Shown here piece by piece: positions 24,707 to 31,284 of a stretch of 32,000 bases of DNA (the stretch's first letter is position 1; each line of letters starts with the position of its first letter). The notes under the pieces are model-generated. The model made no database searches. It saw only the letters and a program-made list of their open reading frames with translations, and was not told where the DNA came from. Origin of the DNA: Nitrososphaerota archaeon (GTDB lineage: Archaea > Thermoproteota > Nitrososphaeria > Nitrososphaerales > UBA57); assembly GCA_016871995.1 (NCBI GenBank), contig VHBL01000005.1, positions 22,134 to 54,133 of the forward strand. Reading direction: 5' to 3'. Position numbers and translations under genes: made by a program.

Positions 24707-27700
24707 TTAGTTTGAATCCGTGTCACCCCCAATTGGGTTTCCTTGCAACTCTCCTTCTTCAACCAGGTTTGCTTTGATCAACCTATCCTCTACGACTTCT
24801 AACAGGGCCCTCCTTAGCTCCTGGACGAGGACTTCAGGTTTTTCAAATCCTAGTGACCGTAGAACCATTAGATCAAACTCTATTCGATCTTCCCGATTAA
24901 GTTCCTCAAACAGCGGTAGTGGTCTTCTTTTCAGGGCATCAACGGATCCGTGGTTAGGGTTCAAGTTTGATATATCAGCAACAGGGGTTTCCCCGAACTC
25001 TTCTGTAAGTATCTGGAGGGCACCACCTCCCATTCTCAGACCTTGTAATTCCTTAGAAAGGAAGAATAACGACGAATTCATATAGATCCACAATTTCCTT
25101 TCTAGTCCTTTTGCTGGATAAATCAGATCACATGTATGGTCAGCAAGTACTCCATCAGGACGAATCGGTGTAAAATGTCGTTCGCCTATGAACTTGAAAC
25201 TGATTAGAGGAGCCGGACCGAGGTTCGACACATTAAACCAATATGGCCTATGGCCTTTGGTGCTGCTTAGGTTGTGGTAACCCCGTACTTCCTTGCCCTT
25301 GGAGATCCCTTTTTTTATCTTTATAATGGCATTTTGACCCCAAATTACATACTGCTTTGAGTATTTTCCGGGTCTTTCGTTAGAATTGGGGTTAAAAACT
25401 AACGATGATAGTTTCTCGATCGTATACGAGTCTACTTCCGTTGGGCTCCGTATCGCAGGAAGCACATCTTTCCTGTCGATAACAAATCGCTGGCCACCTT
25501 CATTTTCTATATATATCAGACCTTCTCTCTCAAGGTCTGACATATTTTTCGCAACTACACCCCATTCCTCAAACTTCTTGGAATTACTTAGATAGTCCGA
25601 CTCGTATAGGTGTCTTACATCTTTCATATAGAAAAATTGATTTGCCCCAGTCTTGATTCCAAACTTTATTTCGGCGTAGTCGCTAAGAGTATGAGTTAAG
25701 AAAGGTAGTATCTTCTCAACAAATACCTTTGGTGCTCTGAGGTAAAACCACTTCCCGGGTTTAAGGTCTCTCTTCTCCAAGACCAAATGCTTTCTAACAA
25801 CATCTTTAGCATACGATTCCAGGTATGTGAAGTGAACTGATGATGTCTTCTTTCCGCTTGAATATACAGTGATTACAGTGTTAATATCAGCCCCAAAACT
25901 TCTTTCCCTCTGACCATAGACAGCTATCAGGTTATCCTTGAGCTTCTTTTGCAATGAGACGCCATAGCTGGTCTCCAACCACTTGTCCGAGGAGATTACC
26001 GATACGACGCCCTCTTCACCAACAAGGTGCAGGGCACGTACCAAAAAGTATGCGAAAATGTCAGATTTCTTGTCCAGGCCGTATTTCGCAGTATAGTATT
26101 CCTTTTCTTTTTCATCAATGGCTTCTTGGCGAACATAGGGTGGGTTCATGATCACAATGTCAGCTCCAGTAGGCTGTCGAACCTCGATTACATTAGGGTC
26201 GGTTTTGGTTCTCTTTGCTATCTCGGAAGAGATATGAGAGAGCTGTTCACGGAGTTTCTTCTTGTTCTTACTATCATGTTCGTAAAGATACTTTGAATTT
26301 ACATCGTCGAACCTTACCCTTAATTCTTCGATCTCCGGGTCTAGGGTTCGTTGGGGATTTGGCAGGCGAAGAGAATTATTGATGACTTCAAGATTCATGT
26401 CAAGATTGGGCAATGGTTCAGGCTCCTTCTGGTCAATGATCAAAGAAAGCCAAAGCCTTAGCCTTGCAATCTCTATCGCTTCTGCTTCAATATCGAAACC
26501 ATAAAGATTCTTGAGTATCCTCTTCTTGTATTCCTCGGGATCTGATTTCCATTCCACGATCGCTTCTGCTTCTTGGATTAGACCTATGATTTCCTGCATT
26601 GCGACAAGAAGAAAGCCACCAGAACCGACAGCAGGGTCTAGAATTTTTAGGGAAAGTAGCCTCTCCCTAAAGTCTCTAACCTCCTTTTCACTCTTGGATT
26701 CTCTGAGTCTGCTCAAATATGAAGATAAGCCGTCATGGAATGTCTTGCCGTCAGGAGCAACTTCATCCATTAGTCCTAGGTAATTCGCTATTGCTCTTCT
26801 GCAGATGAAAGAGCTTTCGCTTCTAGGCGTGTAGAATGTACCTTTAGAACCCCTCTCATACTCAGGTAGCATATTCTCGAAGACGGTGCCAATCAGTGCT
26901 GGGTCTATGCTGACCTCCAGTTCAAGTGAGGATGTTTCGTCGACAGTAAAGTTGTACTGATCGAAGAATTCTCTTGCTTCCTCGAATATGGGGTCGAGTT
27001 TGGGGGTGAGATGGTTCTCCATTCTTGCATCCATATAGTCCTCCCTTTCAAACAATGAACCATTCAGGAATGGTATGCCAGGTACCCCTTCTTTGTTGAG
27101 GCTTTCGTAGAAGAGCAGGTTCAGCTCCTTGTAGTCCTTTATTGAATCGATGAACCTTTTGTCTCCCTTCAACCACCCCTTCCTCTGGAGGAAGTATAGG
27201 AACATGAGTCGACCAAGAAATCTTTGAGCATACGATAAACTCTCCTTCTTGAGTTCTTTGCGAATTTCCGCATCAATGCGTTGATAGAGATCTCTGTACC
27301 CTTTGAAGAATTCATCTCTGACCTTCTCATACGGAAAGAATGTCGTATCGTACCTCTTGTTTAGTTCCTCAACATCTGAGGAATACCTAATCGACTCTAA
27401 GACTTCGATATCAGTTCTGTATAGTCTATCTGACAGGCCTAGTACTTTGACCTGTCCTCCTACACCTTTACCCGGGACAATTACCGCAAAACTATCCCGA
27501 CCGTTTGTGTAGAGCATCAGAGGTTTGATTAATCTGTTGGACTTCCACGACCTAGCTATCTTTGTACAAATACTTCTCCTTAGGTCACTATCAGAACTGA
27601 ACTCAAACAAAGCAACTTCGATATAGTCATCACCATAAAGTTTGGTAATTTTAGACGGAATTGCATCAGAAGGCAGTGTCCTTTGATCTTTGAGTGCATC

Positions 27701-27808
27701 AATGTCGAGCCCCACGGGCCTGACTGGATAGCCAAGTCGAAGAAGCATCTCTCTCCAAAAGGTATCGTCAAACTTACTATAAGGCGAGCCGGAGCCTGCG
27801 GGTGTCAT
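24707..27808 (-). CDS. Large gamma-class N6-adenine DNA methyltransferase with its own C-terminal target-recognition region (Eco57I/MmeI/PglX-like), no recognisable nuclease motif
   Basis: 1033 aa. It has the helical FLGRLMFLYFLQRKGWL, motif I ILDPAVGSGGFLL, and motif IV IVIMNPPYV downstream of motif I (gamma order). About 450 aa follow motif IV. The N-terminus has no clear D...ExK. Confidence 0.85.
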   Translation of the reverse strand: MTPAGSGSPYSKFDDTFWREMLLRLGYPVRPVGLDIDALKDQRTLPSDAIPSKITKLYGDDYIEVALFEFSSDSDLRRSICTKIARSWKSNRLIKPLMLYTNGRDSFAVIVPGKGVGGQVKVLGLSDRLYRTDIEVLESIRYSSDVEELNKRYDTTFFPYEKVRDEFFKGYRDLYQRIDAEIRKELKKESLSYAQRFLGRLMFLYFLQRKGWLKGDKRFIDSIKDYKELNLLFYESLNKEGVPGIPFLNGSLFEREDYMDARMENHLTPKLDPIFEEAREFFDQYNFTVDETSSLELEVSIDPALIGTVFENMLPEYERGSKGTFYTPRSESSFICRRAIANYLGLMDEVAPDGKTFHDGLSSYLSRLRESKSEKEVRDFRERLLSLKILDPAVGSGGFLLVAMQEIIGLIQEAEAIVEWKSDPEEYKKRILKNLYGFDIEAEAIEIARLRLWLSLIIDQKEPEPLPNLDMNLEVINNSLRLPNPQRTLDPEIEELRVRFDDVNSKYLYEHDSKNKKKLREQLSHISSEIAKRTKTDPNVIEVRQPTGADIVIMNPPYVRQEAIDEKEKEYYTAKYGLDKKSDIFAYFLVRALHLVGEEGVVSVISSDKWLETSYGVSLQKKLKDNLIAVYGQRERSFGADINTVITVYSSGKKTSSVHFTYLESYAKDVVRKHLVLEKRDLKPGKWFYLRAPKVFVEKILPFLTHTLSDYAEIKFGIKTGANQFFYMKDVRHLYESDYLSNSKKFEEWGVVAKNMSDLEREGLIYIENEGGQRFVIDRKDVLPAIRSPTEVDSYTIEKLSSLVFNPNSNERPGKYSKQYVIWGQNAIIKIKKGISKGKEVRGYHNLSSTKGHRPYWFNVSNLGPAPLISFKFIGERHFTPIRPDGVLADHTCDLIYPAKGLERKLWIYMNSSLFFLSKELQGLRMGGGALQILTEEFGETPVADISNLNPNHGSVDALKRRPLPLFEELNREDRIEFDLMVLRSLGFEKPEVLVQELRRALLEVVEDRLIKANLVEEGELQGNPIGGDTDSN

Positions 27809-28068
27809 CAGTAACAGAAACAGCCGTTGCAGGTGGATTTAAACAAGACGAAAAAACTAGTGTACATGAGCATATCATTGTGATATACTCCAAAGGTGAG
27901 GCTATCAGTTATCGGAGTCTTTGGGGAGGTTATTGAAATACTGACCTTGCCTCCTGGATTGGTTTCGTATGCAAAATACAGGGTCGCTCCGAGGCCAATT
28001 GCAATAATGACTATGATGGTCAGTACTGCGGGCTTGTTCACTTCCTGCGAGTCCTTGGACGTGTACAA
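27808..28068 (-). CDS. Hypothetical small single-pass membrane protein, first ORF of the methyltransferase operon
   Basis: 86 aa with one clear TM (PAVLTIIVIIAIGLGATLYFAY). Its TGA stop shares one nucleotide with the methyltransferase ATG (TGATG at 27806-27810). Confidence 0.4.
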   Translation of the reverse strand: MYTSKDSQEVNKPAVLTIIVIIAIGLGATLYFAYETNPGGKVSISITSPKTPITDSLTFGVYHNDMLMYTSFFVLFKSTCNGCFCY

Positions 28069-28249
28069 TAAAAAAGGTGCAGTGATGCAATGCAGTAATG
28101 CTGTTGTGCTGATATGGATATTACAAAAATATCCTAAACTTGTTTGAAATATCCTTGATGTTATTGGCCTTATGATAGAATATCGGCGTCAGAAAAAGAC
28201 GCCGAATCAGGTCATGGAGTAAGAACTCACTCTAAGAACTGAGTGCATG

Positions 28250-28402
28250 TTAATCTTGCTCTCTGCTATGGACATTATCAAGGCCGTATTTTGCCTTCTC
28301 TGCATTTGCCACAAATTCCTTCGGCGTATGTGTTCTAACCCATGATTCTGACATTACTAAAATATCGGCCACTTTTGAGCTAGTAAGGTAACGTCCTTCC
28401 AA
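28250..28402 (-). CDS. Possible small excisionase/MerR-like HTH ORF or gene remnant (TTG start; below the track cutoff)
   Basis: Hand translation gives (M)EGRYLTSSKVADILVMSESWVRTHTPKEFVANAEKAKYGLDNVHSREQD. LTSSKVADILVMSESWVRTH looks like an HTH. The frame stays open upstream through the left inverted repeat, and no ATG start sits upstream of the HTH. Confidence 0.25.
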   Translation of the reverse strand: MEGRYLTSSKVADILVMSESWVRTHTPKEFVANAEKAKYGLDNVHSREQD

Positions 28403-28412
28403 TTCTAAGGTT

Positions 28413-28757
28413 CTGTAAATTCTATGGGAGATAGTTGGCCTTATCTTTACCCCTATTTTTGCCCTTTTTTGGATCTGTCCAGACTCTCAGATAGTGTTCT
28501 AGGATTTATACGGCTTCTTACTACAATAACCTCAGCAACTTTCGCTATGGTTATTGTAGTAAATAGAACGACAATAGGTACCTCAATATTTACGAAAGGG
28601 TTATAGTCCTTTTACATTGCATTAGAATCGGGGCATCACTACAATAAGTTAATAGATAGTAAAGCCAAAGCCAATTAGCTCTCCTTCTCTTTGAAATACT
28701 CTCAGTTGGCATCTCCCGCAACTTAACAGGGAGAACTATCTCCCATAGACCTTACAA
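28413..28757. mobile_element. MITE-like unit bounded by inverted repeats (16-bp perfect core, ~24 bp with mismatches)
   Basis: TCTATGGGAGATAGTT at 28421-28436 is the exact reverse complement of AACTATCTCCCATAGA at 28734-28749. The match continues outward as TGTAA after 2 mismatches. The ~300-bp interior has no convincing ORF. Confidence 0.45.
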
Positions 28758-28905
28758 AGCCAAAAAAAACAGACGAGAAACATTGCAAAGATGCGGTGGT
28801 TCGTCTCTATACATCAGACATGGGCACTCCGACCAAGACCTTGATGCCATCACCTATGGAATGATGTCAATCATTCCTGTTCTTAGGACAAATGCGGAGG
28901 TATCA

Positions 28906-29181
28906 TTATGCAATCTTCCCTTTGCCTCTCTTACTATTCCTAGACTTACCTTCACGTTTTATAGCTTGTTCCATCGATTTAAGCCATTCATCTGAGCCAA
29001 GATTTCCAGAGCTAACAACGGGTCTACGATGGCGGCGGGGTTTTCTCACTTTATTGGACTCCGACTTGATGTTGGGCTCCACCATTACCGTTAACCTCAT
29101 GCCACAGTTTGGACAGAATTTGCTGCCTAATTCAGCCGAAGAGTACAATCCTTTGCTCTTCCAGCAAAGAAGCTGAACCAA
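28906..29181 (-). CDS. Hypothetical basic protein with a partial zinc-ribbon-like CPNCG motif
   Basis: 91 aa with a Lys/Arg-rich C-terminal half. It is more protein-like than the two overlapping plus-strand ORFs. Only three Cys residues, so Zn binding is unproven. Confidence 0.3.
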   Translation of the reverse strand: MVQLLCWKSKGLYSSAELGSKFCPNCGMRLTVMVEPNIKSESNKVRKPRRHRRPVVSSGNLGSDEWLKSMEQAIKREGKSRNSKRGKGKIA

Positions 29182-29727
29182 TTGCTATCTTGACATGATG
29201 GCTTGTATTTAAGAAAAGCCGAACATCAGGGGATGGACGGAAGCTAGCAATGGATTAGCTTATGGAGTCTTTGTCCAGAATTAATATTCCTCTGGGGGCA
29301 TGACGCAACTATCACTCACAGCCCCTCTTTTTTAATTAATAAAAATAAGATACAGGTACAAAATTTTAGCCCTGTCTGTGATTAGCTGCCAGTCTGCAAA
29401 CTGACTATGTTATTTTTTACCTGTTTACCCTCGCCGAAAAGACAGGAAAATACCCCTTTAAACCAAACAAGGTCAGAACCTTGCTATCCTGAAAACAGGG
29501 CTTAGACAGATAAGTATCATGGGTCACCAGCATTTCTCGGGAAATAAATCACAACCATGATAGAGCCCTTCTAGTTTTACAAACAAATCTGAATTATTCC
29601 TAAACCGTTTGCACGATAACGAGATTCTCGCGTAGTCGAATAGGAGATAGGGGAAAAGCTGGTCGTGCGGATAAGTTGAGAATTCCATCGCAAATATATC
29701 TCTGCTATTCTTACATAAAGGTCGACG

Positions 29728-30348
29728 TTGAGACTAAGCAAACAGATGCTGAAAATCCTTCTGGCCATCAAGTCCAATAACGGTATTCGTCTCGCAGATA
29801 TTATCATGAAATGTGAAGGTCTTCCGCAGTACTATTACAATATTTTCCACAAATATGACGAAGTATGGGTCAGTAAATGTCCTAACTTGGAAACAGCGAT
29901 AGCCGCAACAGAGGCTAATTTTGACGGCGTTGCCCTTGTGTCTGGAGATAGACAAACCCTGTCTGGTGTCGATTTGGGCAAGACGATTAGTAGACTATGG
30001 GCGAGCTATTGTCGCTCCGCACTTACCCTGATAAGAAGGTGGAGACTTATCGAAAGGTTATGCAATGAGAATGGCATTCTGACCAAGAAGTATGTCATAA
30101 CTTCAAAAGGGGTTGAAGTTCTAAATGTTAAGTGCGGGCTACCACAAATGCCCAAGCCTCAAAGGCCATGCCTCAAGCCTTTCTGCCCTAGCTGCATGGA
30201 TAGCAACGAACGAAGAATAACATGGCTTGAACCACGTAATAGGGAGGGATGGTTCTGCAGTATATGCGGGTTCAAGTTGCCCCTCACAAACTTTGCGAAT
30301 ATCCCTGGCGAAATATTCCAATCGCTCAGCGACAGCATATCAAACTGA
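29728..30348 (+). CDS. Putative transcription regulator: winged-helix segments plus C-terminal CxxC...CxxC zinc ribbon (TTG start)
   Basis: 206 aa. It has LKILLAIKSNNGIRLADII and LIERLCNENGILTKKYVITSKGVEVL (wHTH-like), then CPSC...(x22)...CSIC. Confidence 0.55.
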   Translation: MRLSKQMLKILLAIKSNNGIRLADIIMKCEGLPQYYYNIFHKYDEVWVSKCPNLETAIAATEANFDGVALVSGDRQTLSGVDLGKTISRLWASYCRSALTLIRRWRLIERLCNENGILTKKYVITSKGVEVLNVKCGLPQMPKPQRPCLKPFCPSCMDSNERRITWLEPRNREGWFCSICGFKLPLTNFANIPGEIFQSLSDSISN

Positions 30349-30847
30349 AGTAGAAAGTTGGTAGATACTTAGATCGCATAGCAAGCTTTGTGATTGATAG
30401 ATGCAAATGTTTGATATCAAGACGGATCTTTATCGCGGCCAAAAATTGGACTATTAATCGTTAAGGCGAACTCGACAACCTACTAGGGTAAACATTCGGA
30501 AAGCTATTTGATACTACCCCGAGGACTGGGTCTTTTTGCCCGTATCTACCACTAAACGACATGCGTCAAGCCTCCATAAATCTAACTTGAACTAATTTCA
30601 TCTGCGTCAGCCAGAAATTTCTGTAGAATTTAGTTGAACTATGTTGCGTCGACCCCTTGCTTCCAGAAATCTAGAAATCTCCTAAACTGGTATTCGGCTC
30701 CTGTAGGCGTTACCGAATATTCTTCGGTCAAGATGGCAGTTCAGCCAGTTGTCTTCGACCAGATACTTCTTGCTAGTCCTTGGAGACCGTTCAGAACCCT
30801 AGCTCTGTCGACCATCGTGCAGACCCCCTTTTTTATTATGAGCAACA

Positions 30848-31087
30848 ATGGCACACCTAGTTAGACGCATCGGAATCCGCCTAAAAGAGAACGATTACCT
30901 GATACTCAAGCGGGTATCGGAAGCAAGAGGAGAGGATATTTCGGACTTCGTGAGAAGGGCGATCAAGTACTCTCTGGCTCAGCTCTCCTATTACTCCCCT
31001 GAGGAGAAGAGGGCATTAGGAATCCAAGAGCCTCAATCTCCGAAAGTCGAACCTTCCACTTCCTCGGAGGTGTCCACCAATGGGTAG
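30848..31087 (+). CDS. Ribbon-helix-helix (CopG/Arc-like) DNA-binding protein
   Basis: 79 aa. RIGIRLKENDYLILKRVSEARGEDISDFVRRAI fits a beta-strand/helix/helix RHH, followed by a disordered Ser/Pro/Glu tail. Confidence 0.6.
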   Translation: MAHLVRRIGIRLKENDYLILKRVSEARGEDISDFVRRAIKYSLAQLSYYSPEEKRALGIQEPQSPKVEPSTSSEVSTNG

Positions 31088-31253
31088 TGAGAACAACTCC
31101 GAGATACTCGAGGAGATCCGCCAGAAGGCTGAATTGCTCGAATCTGAACTCAAATCCCTTCGGCTCGAACTCGATACTTACGCCAGCAAAGTGCGATCTC
31201 TAGTACGTTCCCATTTCGGATTCAGATCTCCCGAGAGGAAAGGTAGCGAGTGA
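31080..31253 (+). CDS. Unannotated 57-aa coiled-coil ORF overlapping the RHH stop by 8 nt
   Basis: Hand translation gives MGSENNSEILEEIRQKAELLESELKSLRLELDTYASKVRSLVRSHFGFRSPERKGSE, with the stop at 31251-31253. It has heptad-like Leu spacing and falls below the ORF track cutoff. Confidence 0.4.
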   Translation: MGSENNSEILEEIRQKAELLESELKSLRLELDTYASKVRSLVRSHFGFRSPERKGSE

Positions 31254-31284
31254 TGACACTTCGATGACACTCAAAGATGACACT
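31252..31284. repeat. Three perfect direct copies of GATGACACT (31252-31260, 31263-31271, 31276-31284); a fourth copy at 31515-31523
   Basis: Read directly: tGATGACACTtcGATGACACTcaaaGATGACACTatt. Start-to-start spacing is 11 and 13 bp. The repeats sit exactly between the coiled-coil ORF stop and the next ORF start. Confidence 0.9.

Noticed and set aside
24720-27512. Several 65-121 aa plus-strand ORFs inside the methyltransferase gene
   Set aside because: All are antisense to a 1033-aa ORF with clear methyltransferase motifs, and their composition is low-complexity Ser/Arg/Leu.
24707-27808. The idea that the large methyltransferase is a self-contained type IIG/IIL restriction-modification enzyme (MmeI/Eco57I-like with its own nuclease)
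   Set aside because: The N-terminal ~250 aa show no D...(D/E)xK pattern. The nearest candidate, DDYIEVALFE, lacks the lysine. Two dedicated PLD nuclease genes also follow it. This cannot be fully excluded without a profile search.
16459-28068. Assignment of the island to BREX or DISARM
   Set aside because: No PglZ, BrxC or BrxL-like genes (BREX) and no DrmA helicase/DUF1998 DrmB pair (DISARM core) are present among the ORFs of the window. Only partial component overlap exists (large m6A methylase, SNF2, PLD).
28093-28116. C/D-box sRNA-like signals (GTGATGC ... CTGA) upstream of the operon, and TGATGA strings within the GATGACACT repeats
   Set aside because: Only one C-like and one D-like box lie ~25 nt apart. 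There are no C'/D' boxes or terminal stem, and the C box deviates from RUGAUGA. In the iteron region no CUGA D box follows.
28424-28606. 60-aa ORF inside the inverted-repeat-bounded element
   Set aside because: It starts inside the left repeat arm, is hydrophobic with odd composition, and is too short for a transposase. I treat the interior as non-coding.
30634-30864. 76-aa plus-strand ORF (TTG start) upstream of and overlapping the RHH gene
   Set aside because: It has no family resemblance, contains the palindrome and tandem repeat sites, and overlaps the RHH start. The region is more likely a regulatory leader than coding sequence.
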